Positions 1-9,500 of a stretch of 29,467 nucleotides of DNA are shown one piece after another (within the stretch, counting starts at the first letter, position 1; every line of letters begins with the position of its first letter). This DNA is from a virus (lineage: Duplodnaviria; Caudoviricetes). The notes beneath the pieces are model-generated. The model searched no databases, had not been told where the DNA came from, and worked only from the letters and a program-made list of their open reading frames with translations. The stretch covers positions 1 through 29,467 of IMG/VR virus record IMGVR_UViG_3300017746_000093. One strand, written 5' to 3'. The position numbers and the translations under genes are program-made.

Positions 1-911
1 AGATCAACATAATCAATTATAATTAAATCTGGTTTAGTTCCTAAATCCGTAACTTTACGGATGTGGGATTCAACTGTTGATATTGTTGCACGTCCTGTTG
101 GAAATTCTTTAATAATCAATTCACCTGGGATTTCAGGAATTATTTCTTCTATTTTTGACCTATTTTTAATAACTTGGTCTACTGGGATTTTACTGAAGAA
201 AGCATCATATCTTCTACCGACATACTCTTCACCTAACTCTAATGTGTAATGTAAAACATTATAACCCATTCTCACAGCATATCCTCCTAAAGCTACTAAA
301 CTCCATGATTTACCACCTCCTGGATTACCAAATATGAGACCAAAATCTCCATTTCCCAATCCACCTTGTAATATATCATTGATTCTTTCCCAAGGAGTTG
401 CAATAGTTGTTCTTGCATCTTCTCTAAAACGAGATTCAATATCTTTATTATATTCATGTCCTATATTTTTATCATTACCGGCTTTTAAAGCTGATTCTAC
501 TAAATGTTTAATCCCATCAAAATCTCCGGCTTTAAGCAAATCAACACTATTAAGTAATGCTTTTTTTAGTTGTTGGTTTTTACAAAATGTTGAAAATTCT
601 TCTCTAACATATTCTAAATCGTCATCAGATGACTCATAAGCTGCTTTTAACTGTTCTCTAATAGATAATCTTAAAACTTCATTATCAACTTTTTGCAGTT
701 CAACTTTTAGGATATCCATTGAAGGTGTAGTATGATATTTATCATAATACCTAATTATTTCTTTTATAATCCACTGGTGTGCCTGGTTATCCCAATATTC
801 TTCACTAATAATATCGTGTATATTAGTTAAAAACTCTTTATGGGTAAGTAATGATGATATTACTTTAATTTGGAAATGTGTACCATATTGATTTAAACTT
901 GTGAGGGTCAT
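1..911 (-). CDS. Replicative DNA helicase, DnaB/T4 gp41-like (3' end runs off window)
   Basis: Not in ORF track because there is no stop in the window. Manual translation from ATG at 911 (MTLTSLNQYG...) is open to position 1. It contains Walker A GNPGGGKS (~306-329), H1a YTLE and Walker B LIIIDYVD at the window edge. Confidence 0.9.
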   Translation of the reverse strand, partial: MTLTSLNQYGTHFQIKVISSLLTHKEFLTNIHDIISEEYWDNQAHQWIIKEIIRYYDKYHTTPSMDILKVELQKVDNEVLRLSIREQLKAAYESSDDDLEYVREEFSTFCKNQQLKKALLNSVDLLKAGDFDGIKHLVESALKAGNDKNIGHEYNKDIESRFREDARTTIATPWERINDILQGGLGNGDFGLIFGNPGGGKSWSLVALGGYAVRMGYNVLHYTLELGEEYVGRRYDAFFSKIPVDQVIKNRSKIEEIIPEIPGELIIKEFPTGRATISTVESHIRKVTDLGTKPDLIIIDYVD

Positions 912-933
912 ATAACTTTTATTTTATTTATTT

Positions 934-1959
934 TTATAACTTTAATTTTTCAAAAACATCTTTAACCCAAAACTCCACATTTCGGATCATACCACCTAAT
1001 TTATCTTCATTATAAAAGGCTATGAATTGGTCTGGAATATAATGATAGTCTTTGGATTTAACAATTTCAGATAAATATTTTTTATCATTTTCATCCAACA
1101 TAGGATTTGATAAATCCATTATTTTATAATTTTTCTCTAAATCATATATATTTTCGATTATCCTAGCATAAATAACATTTTCTTTAAATTTTCCTTCACA
1201 GATATTATATATATCATCTAATGACATATCTTTTTCACTTAATTCAGGGAATAACTTATAAAGCTTTTTTTCACCTAACCCTTTTACACCTTTAACTTTA
1301 TCAGAATTATCACCCATTAAAGTTTTATATAAGATAAAATTAGTAGGAGACATTTTGAATTTTTCTACTACTGTTTCTTCAGTATAAAATTCCTTTTCCA
1401 TAGGGCGGTACACAATTACATTCTCATTTACTAATTGTAGGAAATCTTTATCAGAAGAAACAATAAATACTTTATCTTTGGGTGATTGTGGAATAATATC
1501 TGATAAATAAGCAATAACATCATCAGCTTCAACTTTAGGTAATCCTATTGTTTTTACGGGTAATGTTTTTAAGTACTGGATTATTCTAACAATTTGATCT
1601 ACTTTAGCATCATCTTCATCATCTTTATTATCAAAAGCATCCCAATTAGTAATACGTTGTAAATCTCTTCCTGATTTATATTCAGGTAGTAAATTTTTTC
1701 TAGCATTTGCTGATCCAGCCCCATCAAATATTACATAAACTTGGGTAGGATCAACTCTTCGGATTTCAGCACCCAGTGAACGAAAAAATCCCCCTAAACC
1801 ACCAATATGAACCCCATCTGGGTTTACCATATTCATCATTGCAAAGTTCCTAAAGAATAGATTTAAACCATCTATCATTAATATTCTTTCTCCTTCTACA
1901 GTTTCCTTCCTGTTCTCATCAAGGTTATTGAGGAGTTCTAATAATTGTTTTTGTTTCAT
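934..1959 (-). CDS. 5'-3' exonuclease / flap endonuclease (Pol I N-terminal / T4 RNase H family)
   Basis: Motifs IDGLNLFFR, VIFDG, YKSGR, EADDVIAY, SSDKDFLQL and H3TH LMGDNSDKVKGVKGLGEK. Confidence 0.92.
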   Translation of the reverse strand: MKQKQLLELLNNLDENRKETVEGERILMIDGLNLFFRNFAMMNMVNPDGVHIGGLGGFFRSLGAEIRRVDPTQVYVIFDGAGSANARKNLLPEYKSGRDLQRITNWDAFDNKDDEDDAKVDQIVRIIQYLKTLPVKTIGLPKVEADDVIAYLSDIIPQSPKDKVFIVSSDKDFLQLVNENVIVYRPMEKEFYTEETVVEKFKMSPTNFILYKTLMGDNSDKVKGVKGLGEKKLYKLFPELSEKDMSLDDIYNICEGKFKENVIYARIIENIYDLEKNYKIMDLSNPMLDENDKKYLSEIVKSKDYHYIPDQFIAFYNEDKLGGMIRNVEFWVKDVFEKLKL

Positions 1960-1973
1960 TTAGATTATTTTTT

Positions 1974-2006
1974 ATGCCCGGAATATACGAAAAATACTCC
2001 AGGCAT
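1974..2006 (-). other. 13-bp stem-loop between recA and the exonuclease gene, overlapping a promoter
   Basis: Minus strand ATGCCTGGAGTAT-TTTTCGT-ATATTCCGGGCAT. It pairs fully only with two G:U wobbles on the mRNA strand and is followed by an A-run, not a U-run. Confidence 0.6.
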
Positions 2007-2010
2007 CAAA
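1982..2010 (-). promoter_or_regulatory. Putative host-RNAP (early/middle) promoter TTTG-N19-TATATT
   Basis: Same architecture as the copies at 3974, 5730 and 25466; intergenic, upstream of the exonuclease gene. Confidence 0.55.
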
Positions 2011-2012
2011 AT

Positions 2013-3089
2013 TTAATGTGGCTCGTCTGTATGAGAAGTAATATCAGTATAAGCTTGTTCTTCTTCTACTATCTGAAAGTCTCCACCACCTAGGATTTTC
2101 TTCCATTCATCTTTCATTTCATCCTTATATTCTTTTAAGGATTTATCAGTATCAAGTATAAACCCATGGGGGGTCATAACAATTTTACCTCTAGTAGTAA
2201 CACCATTAATATGGTTTTTATCAATTTGTAAATTAACTCGTTTAGCAAATTCAACCTGCTTACCATCTTTAATTGCTTTAATTTTAGATGTTCCAGCGTT
2301 TGAAATATTCCCAAATGTAACTACAAATGTTGAATCAAACCACATTGCAAACCCTCCTTTATTCATTAATTTAGGTTTACCCATAGGTGATTCTGCTTTT
2401 GCTGTCCATACTTTATTAATACACACAAGGGTATTAGTGTATGGGCTACTTTCTTTACGAGACAATACTATACGTTGGTTTACGCTATTACCAAATTGGG
2501 TAGACATTGCACCTGCATTCCACTCATTATTATTTTTATTTGATTTAATAGACATTTCACAAGGTACTGATCCTATTGAATCCCATAAGAATAATAAATC
2601 ATAAGGCAAATTACCTTTTTTCTGCTCATCAATTAAATCTAAAATAAAAACAGCTACATCTTCAATAGAATTAATAGTTTCTCTATCTACATAAATAAAA
2701 TTACCATTATAATCAACTATTTCACCTGTTTCTTTATCAACAACTTCATTTACTTCTAGTCCCATCTGCATAGCATGTTCCCAATTCCATTTCATCTCTG
2801 TAATAATAAATACAGGGAGTACTTTACGTTTTTGAGCTGATACAGCTGCTTCTAGTAATGCTGTAGTTTTACCTGTATCTGAATGACCTCTAAGTAAAAC
2901 AATATGTCCTGTTGGGATACCAGGGACTGAAGTAATTTCTTGATAAGCTTCAGAAAGAGGTATCCATTCTTGGTCTTTAAATTTAGCTTTAGATGTTAAA
3001 CCTTTTTTAGATTTAAACCCATCTAGGTTAAAATTTGCTTTAATTTCTGAGGAGACTGCCTCCGATAGTGATTTTTTCTTTCTTGCCAT
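2013..3089 (-). CDS. recA: RecA/UvsX-like recombinase
   Basis: PGIPTGHIVLLRG followed by Walker A GHSDTGKTT, catalytic Glu in IITEM, Walker B FLWDSIGS, LVCINKV and KGGFAMWFDS (RecA GGNALKFYAS equivalent). Confidence 0.9.
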   Translation of the reverse strand: MARKKKSLSEAVSSEIKANFNLDGFKSKKGLTSKAKFKDQEWIPLSEAYQEITSVPGIPTGHIVLLRGHSDTGKTTALLEAAVSAQKRKVLPVFIITEMKWNWEHAMQMGLEVNEVVDKETGEIVDYNGNFIYVDRETINSIEDVAVFILDLIDEQKKGNLPYDLLFLWDSIGSVPCEMSIKSNKNNNEWNAGAMSTQFGNSVNQRIVLSRKESSPYTNTLVCINKVWTAKAESPMGKPKLMNKGGFAMWFDSTFVVTFGNISNAGTSKIKAIKDGKQVEFAKRVNLQIDKNHINGVTTRGKIVMTPHGFILDTDKSLKEYKDEMKDEWKKILGGGDFQIVEEEQAYTDITSHTDEPH

Positions 3090-3099
3090 ATAACTTTAA

Positions 3100-3936
3100 T
3101 TAAAACGGTAAATCGTCAGTTTTATCATCATTAAATAAATCATCAAACTGTGCTGATTTAGATTTTTTTACATTTGTAGCTGTTGTATCTAATGAATAGT
3201 TAGATTTTTTAGTATCACTATCAAAAGCAACAGCAGGTTCTGAGACTATTGATCCTTCTTCTTCACTTCCTTCTGGAGCTAACCATTCTTGAAGAGCTTC
3301 TTTCATCTCATCATAAGTAAGTGGTTTAAATACTTTCATAGGATCAGCTTGGTCCTCTAAACATGATTTCACAACCTCAGAATCTTCTGCAATCGGGGAA
3401 GTTTTCATTGAAGGTCCAATTGATGTTTTGTTATATGGAGTACCTGTAACTTCAGGTCCTACAGTAGTTAATTTAATATCTCTACCTTGAGCCATATCAG
3501 TGTAATCACCAATTTCATCATCAGCAGCCATATTTAAAAATCCTTGATAAACTTCTTTACCAAACTGCCATAATTTAACTCCTTCACTTTCTTCACCTCT
3601 AACTACGATAGGAGCAAAAATACGTGTTTTTGGGTCTAACTTTTTAGCTAGTCTCCAGTTTTCTTTATCATTAGTCCCACGAAGTTGTTTAGCAAATTCC
3701 ATAATTGGATCTTTCTCACCCCAATTTGAAGGAGAAGCCATTACTCGCTTACTACCAATTCCATAATAGAATTTCATCTCTGTAAAAGGGAATTCTTTAT
3801 TGTACTTGTTAGGAACAACTCTTACGACTTGTTTACCTACTGACGGTTTCCAAAATAATTGTTTTCCTCCTCCTGAATTGTTAGAGGTTTGATTTTGCAT
3901 CTCTCCGAGACGCTTTTTAATTGCATTTAAATCCAT
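3100..3936 (-). CDS. Single-stranded DNA-binding protein, T4 gp32-like
   Basis: FWKP..GKQVVRVVP, GEKDPIME, GVKLWQFGKEVY, DYTD...GRDIKL and an acidic tail ending DDLPF; adjacent to recA. Confidence 0.8.
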   Translation of the reverse strand: MDLNAIKKRLGEMQNQTSNNSGGGKQLFWKPSVGKQVVRVVPNKYNKEFPFTEMKFYYGIGSKRVMASPSNWGEKDPIMEFAKQLRGTNDKENWRLAKKLDPKTRIFAPIVVRGEESEGVKLWQFGKEVYQGFLNMAADDEIGDYTDMAQGRDIKLTTVGPEVTGTPYNKTSIGPSMKTSPIAEDSEVVKSCLEDQADPMKVFKPLTYDEMKEALQEWLAPEGSEEEGSIVSEPAVAFDSDTKKSNYSLDTTATNVKKSKSAQFDDLFNDDKTDDLPF

Positions 3937-3973
3937 GTTTTATAACTTTTAATTTTAATTTAATAACGGTATT

Positions 3974-4002
3974 AATATAAGAACTTAGGTTTGGTATTCC
4001 AA
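3974..4002 (-). promoter_or_regulatory. Putative host-RNAP promoter TTGG-N19-TATATT upstream of the SSB gene
   Basis: Minus strand TTGGAATACCAAACCTAAGTTCTTATATT; overlapped by an inverted repeat at 3985-4007. Confidence 0.6.
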
Positions 4003-4003
4003 C

Positions 4004-4477
4004 CTAAAGTTCAATAATTTTGTGAATTTTCGTTTTTAGTTGTTTTAATTCATCATGTTGGGTGAGCAGAACTGTATTTCTATAATGTTGCCAGTCAATT
4101 GGAAATCTGGTGTCAACAACTCCCCCATTTAATTTTTTAATTAATTCATTTAGGGCATTTATAGTATACAATGTATTTGTATCTTTTTTTCTGTGCACCA
4201 TTATAGTATTAGGGGGCAAACCACCTGCATTGCCTTGTTCAATGTTGTAAGTACAAACATATTCATCATTACTTTTAATATGTAATACAAATATTTTATT
4301 GTACATTACATCATAGCTAGTAGTAATGTGGGATAATAACCCATCCAATTCTGCTAATGTTGTAAATGTGCAAAATAATTTATTATTCAAATCTGTTATA
4401 TTTAAGTTTTCGAACTCCTGAAAGTCGTCTACTGTATACATATTAACAGAATTATTTGAAATTGTAAGTGTCTCCAT
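4004..4477 (-). CDS. Hypothetical protein (true start may be ATG 4441 or TTG 4390)
   Basis: 157-aa ORF overlapping the PolA-like gene by 26 nt. Globular-looking core NNKLFCTF...HRKKDTNTLYTINALN. Confidence 0.7.
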   Translation of the reverse strand: METLTISNNSVNMYTVDDFQEFENLNITDLNNKLFCTFTTLAELDGLLSHITTSYDVMYNKIFVLHIKSNDEYVCTYNIEQGNAGGLPPNTIMVHRKKDTNTLYTINALNELIKKLNGGVVDTRFPIDWQHYRNTVLLTQHDELKQLKTKIHKIIEL

Positions 4478-5711
4478 AATTAGTTTTAATTTTTAATTTA
4501 TATTGTTTAAACAAATTTATAATACTTTCCATCACATCCTTTTCTTCTTTATCAAAATCAAAAAGAAAACTATCGTATGTGTAAAGTACTAATTTGGTCT
4601 TACAATTTTTTAATAGCTTTATTATTTCCCATAATATACAAACATTATATGCGGTCTCCAAATTTTGTAACAGATAATTTAAGAGTTTTTGAGGTTTCAT
4701 ATCACTTAACTCATCTTTGTAAAATATTTTTTTAGAAATAGGACATTCAATTGAGCCTTCATGTTGAAAACGATCCCACAAATCATCAGTATATACTGTC
4801 ATTTTTTTGAAAAACTCTAAATCTTTATATTGTTCAAACACCCCACCATACATTTGTTTAAATGTTAGTTCTTTAGCTTTTTTGTAATCCACTTTATACA
4901 TTTCTGCAAAGGCAGCGTGAATGTCTTCCTCCACAAAATCATAACCAACCAATTTAGCCAACAAAGTAGGATGATAAGCGGATATATCAATTTCAAACAA
5001 GCAATCATTACTTGCGATAAAACTTTCTCGACTGTCGTCATCTTTGGAAATAGCTGCATAATTTACTCCTTTAAATCTATTACTTGGTCTTCCTGTGAGG
5101 GTTTTGAAGTTGAATTGTGTGTAGGCATATTCTCCATCGATAGGGTGAAAGTACGATTCAAATTTTTCTCTATTAATTCGTATACCACTTCGCTCCACGG
5201 CGTTGAATACCACTGAGGCTTTTGTGTTGTAAAAGTCGTTGATTGGTTCATTTATTTTATTTTTTAAATCATGAAAAGTTTTTTCACAATATTCATAATG
5301 TTTTACTATCGGAATAATGCGGTTTATATCTATTTTATCACCCATCTTGCTATAGAAGTAGGAGTGGGTTTGTGTGTGTTCTTGTATATACGTACTCGAA
5401 TTGAGTGTTATGTCGAAGAGAGTTTTTAAAGGAAAATAGTGTAAAAATTCTTTTTTATCACGTACATATAACTTATTATATTTTGTTAATACGCGAGTAA
5501 TATTGTCTATATTAGTATTTAAAGTCTCACTATGCGAAATGGGTATTATAAATCCTTTTGTTGATAATAACGGACGAATATAAATAGCACAAACTTTATT
5601 TTGGGTTGGGTGTATTTTATTATTGTAGGGAATTATCTCTACAAATGCTTCTTTATAATTACTATTATAAAACCTTTTAAGTTGATCTTTAGACTCTACT
5701 AACCAAAACAT
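4452..5711 (-). CDS. Miniature, divergent family A DNA polymerase-like protein
   Basis: VERSGIRIN, TGRPSN, motif A FEIDISAYHP, motif B KKAKELTFKQMYG, NYLLQNLET and motif C LYTYDSFLFD. Degenerate 3'-5' exonuclease-like N-terminus; only 419 aa. Confidence 0.8.
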   Translation of the reverse strand: MFWLVESKDQLKRFYNSNYKEAFVEIIPYNNKIHPTQNKVCAIYIRPLLSTKGFIIPISHSETLNTNIDNITRVLTKYNKLYVRDKKEFLHYFPLKTLFDITLNSSTYIQEHTQTHSYFYSKMGDKIDINRIIPIVKHYEYCEKTFHDLKNKINEPINDFYNTKASVVFNAVERSGIRINREKFESYFHPIDGEYAYTQFNFKTLTGRPSNRFKGVNYAAISKDDDSRESFIASNDCLFEIDISAYHPTLLAKLVGYDFVEEDIHAAFAEMYKVDYKKAKELTFKQMYGGVFEQYKDLEFFKKMTVYTDDLWDRFQHEGSIECPISKKIFYKDELSDMKPQKLLNYLLQNLETAYNVCILWEIIKLLKNCKTKLVLYTYDSFLFDFDKEEKDVMESIINLFKQYKLKIKTNYGDTYNFK

Positions 5712-5729
5712 AACTATTACTTTATAGTT

Positions 5730-5759
5730 AATATAAAAAAAGGAAGTAGGGTATCCAAA
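5730..5759 (-). promoter_or_regulatory. Putative host-RNAP promoter TTTGG-N19-TATATT at the start of the replication block
   Basis: Minus strand TTTGGATACCCTACTTCCTTTTTTTATATT, 18 nt upstream of ATG 5711. Confidence 0.6.
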
Positions 5760-5775
5760 TTAAAATAACTTATTT

Positions 5776-6516
5776 TTAATTATAAGTATTTCGTTTTGGT
5801 TTGGTTGGTCTACGTTTAGCACTAAAGGAATTATTTGATTTTTTAACATTCATTAATTCTTCGGGGGCATAAAATTTTAAATAATCTTCCCTTAAAAACT
5901 CTCTTAAACCCTTTGTTTTAAAGAACTTTTCAGTTAGAAGAACAGAATTTCTATTAGTATTAGAAACATAATCTTCTTTTCCTTTTAAAGTCCATTGGAG
6001 TTTAATAGATTGGTATAAACGCCATTCCCATTTGTTATCTTTATTAAAAATACTATCATAAACCTCTTTATTTACTTCTACCCATTGAATCTCATTTCTT
6101 TTTACACAGAAATATCTAGTAAATACCCCTAAATCATAATCTTCTTTTGTTGGTTTTCTGTAAGTTATTTGAGGAATAAATCGTACTCCTTCTTGTAATT
6201 CACTAGAATTTAAATAATCTGCTATATCTTGCATCCCATCAACACTTTGATTTGGGAAAGGTGCAAAATCTGTAGTGACTGTTGTAAAAGAATAAGCATT
6301 ATTACTATCGGATGCTGCATATATTTGATCTTCTGAAGTATCTGAGTCTAAAAGAAGGAGATTTGGGGGGTCATTTTGTGTTTTTCCTGTATATTTTTCC
6401 CCAGTATATAACTCATAATAATAACCCACATAATCTTCATTAGTACCCTCTATCATGTACCTCCCCCCAGGAGTGTATTGGTTTGTTTTTATTTTATTAC
6501 TTGGTATATAAGCCAT
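5776..6516 (-). CDS. Hypothetical protein, last gene of the tail/baseplate module
   Basis: 246-aa ORF, Tyr-rich N-terminus (YVGYYYELYTGEKYTGK), basic C-terminus; assignment rests on position only. Confidence 0.7.
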   Translation of the reverse strand: MAYIPSNKIKTNQYTPGGRYMIEGTNEDYVGYYYELYTGEKYTGKTQNDPPNLLLLDSDTSEDQIYAASDSNNAYSFTTVTTDFAPFPNQSVDGMQDIADYLNSSELQEGVRFIPQITYRKPTKEDYDLGVFTRYFCVKRNEIQWVEVNKEVYDSIFNKDNKWEWRLYQSIKLQWTLKGKEDYVSNTNRNSVLLTEKFFKTKGLREFLREDYLKFYAPEELMNVKKSNNSFSAKRRPTKPKRNTYN

Positions 6517-6537
6517 TTTTATCTTTATTTATGGTTT

Positions 6538-9500
6538 TTATATTAAACCTTTTGATAATGCAAGGTTATAAGGAGTTTGTGGGTTTGTTGGGCTACCAAA
6601 CAATGAAGGTAAACCTCCATCAGGAACACCTCCTAAGTTTACTATTTCCATCTTGAAAAATGCATCTGTATATGCGGTATTGGTGGGTTTATGTAGCAGG
6701 CTAATAAGTTGTGCATTTGCTGCGGTTGTTTCTTGTAATGAAGGTTGTAACCACCCTCCCCCAGTTCCTGTATTTTCTTTGCTAGTATTTCCAGGTTGGA
6801 GTATATTCCCAGAATTAAATTTAAAACTAGGAGCAATACACCCAGCTAACCAGTTTTGAGCAACTGGGGCTTCATGAATTAATACATGCTTCCTTATGTA
6901 CCCATTACCATAAATTTGATTTGCTGCAAAATTACCTGCTTCGTTACCCTCTAATCGAAATGCTTTGTTATTATTTGCTTTTGGTTCTCCTTTTGGACGA
7001 CGGTAATTATTTCTAACAAGATAATTACCTGATGGTACACAACTAATATTATTTTGATTACCTAACCATGGTAATTCTACAGTTGCAAAAGTTGCTAACA
7101 CTGTTGTCTCATCCTCAGCAAATACCTCCATAATACCTAAAGTTTGACCATTTCCATATGTTTCAGGTGGTACTTGTCTATTAAACCCATAAATTCTTGT
7201 TAATCTTATTCTTAATTTTGCATAATTTTCATAAATTTCTTGTAATGTCTCATTACCTTCTGGGGGTTGGGGGAATCCTCCAGATTCTCCAGCAATGTAA
7301 ACTGGGGTGTTATCTTCTAAAGGAGGAGGTGCTTGTATTGGACCTAATGCTCTACTTTCAGGAACCGATAATGTTTCAAATTCAGTAGTCCACCCCGCAA
7401 CATCAATGTTATGATTCAACCCTGTTAATTGTAAACCAACTCCATCTTTTTCATAAGAAGGTGGAAGTATTTCATCATTTATTTTAAATTTTTGATAAAG
7501 TTTAGGCCCACTTATCCCATCCATTGTTAATTTTAAATTAAAAGGGAGGAAAAATGGAGCTGGGAGTTGGGGTTCACCTTCTGAATTGGAATTAGTGAGG
7601 ATTCCTAATGCTAAAGAAATGGCTTCAGACATATTATTTTTATAGGCATCTATTTCTTCCTTATTATATACGGATGTATCGTACATTGAATTAAATATTG
7701 GAGCCATAGCTACTAAAATATTAGCTACTTGTTTCTTTTTAGGAATAGTAGCATTAGAACCTGCAGCAAAAGATTCTAAATCTGGGGAACTAACCTTTAC
7801 AGGAGTAACTCTATCTATTAACCCAGCATTATAATTTGAAAAAGAAGTAGCATCAGCTGAAACTTGATTACCATTAGCTTGGGCGCCTATTGAAATCATA
7901 GTAGCAAAATCATTTGATAAATCTGCTGTGAGACTAACATCTCTTACAAAACTACCTTCTATTCCTGGTTTTACCCCATAGGCTATTAATTTGGTAAATC
8001 CTGTTTTTTCCTCATCAAACCTTTGAGGAATATCTTCTATAATTTTAATTTTTAAACCATCTTGAGATATTTTAAAACGAAATTTATTTATACTACCCAT
8101 AGACTCAATCATCATATCTGTTATATTTCCAAGAAAATCTAGTAGTTTAATATTACCATTTTCATCAGGTTTCATACTTGATAGTATATTACTTATTTCT
8201 TGGGTAGCAATATATACATTTGCAATTCTTCCTAAATATTGGCTTTTTACATTATTATAAAACCCACATTGTTCTTCAGACAAATTAGTATTTATTAGGG
8301 TATTTTTATACCCAATTACACCTCCAGATTCATCTTTAAATGAAAAATTTCTATAAGGTATAAGTAATTTTTGAGGTTCAGTTGAAATCTGCCCCGGAAT
8401 GTTTAGTATAAAATTATCATCATTAGGTAAATCTCTAAAATTCATATCAAATTCTAAATCAGGAATACCATACTCATCATAAAGAAATAAGTTTCTTTGA
8501 ACCCAAGCTAAAAGGAAACCAAATTTCATATACACCCTTGGGTTTTGATCAAGACCAGCATCCCCCCGTGAGTTTGTTAAAAAAAATAAAGCTCCTTTAA
8601 AAACTACCTGATCATCGCTTGATATATTATCGTTAAAATTAAATAATGTTGAATCTGAAAAACCAACTTGTTTCTTTTTAAATCCTTTACCTCCTAGGCT
8701 AGCGTATCCATCTAATATCCTTTGATATTCATTGAATAAAAAATTATCTAATAAAGATTTTGCTGCATTAGCTACTAAAACAGGAGCAAATTGTTTACCT
8801 GGAATTATTTTTGATGAATCTTTTTTTCTTATATTTTGGTACTCTTCTGTTTGTTTTTTAACAGATGCTGCTTCTTTACTTAATTCACCTGAAAATGAAA
8901 TATTTGATTTTAAGGATTCAAATACATCGCCTACGGCTGTTAATTGGATTTGACAATCATAACTCCCATCAGGGTTAAATTGCCAATTAAATTTAGTTAC
9001 TCTACCAAGAATAGCTTCATAATTTCCATTAGTTGTTCTTCTATGGTCTGAAATAAGACTTGATATTTGTGCAACTGTTTTGGTACCATTTAAAAATCCT
9101 GAAGCCGGTAAAGAAAGATTTGTATCTGCTGAGGTGAGTTCTTTATTATTATTTAAATATACACTATGACCAAACTCTAATAATAGAGTGTAACCTGGTC
9201 TCATGTACAAAACATCTATCAAGCTAAATTGTTTTTTAGAAAAACATTTTATATTAATTACAGTTTTACTTAATGCCCCATTATTATAATAAGTTATATT
9301 AGCGTTTGTTATTCCTGGTAATGGGACATATCCTCGTTCTGATATACCTCCCCAACCATAAGCTCCATTTAAACCACCATTAGACAATCCTGCTTCGGGC
9401 ATTGAAGATGATGAATTAATTGTTCCTCCTTGAAGAATGCAAGATTTTGCTAATTTTTCACCTGAAATATCATTTTCATTAATTCCAGATGCTACTAATT

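Noticed and set aside
4452-5711. PolA-like gene as a pseudogene or intron-split fragment
   Set aside because: Uninterrupted ORF with its own promoter, all palm motifs in order, and no intron or homing endonuclease nearby.
5734-5756. Possible terminator GGA...TCC followed by T7 after the baseplate module
   Set aside because: Only about 3 bp of stem; better explained as promoter spacer.
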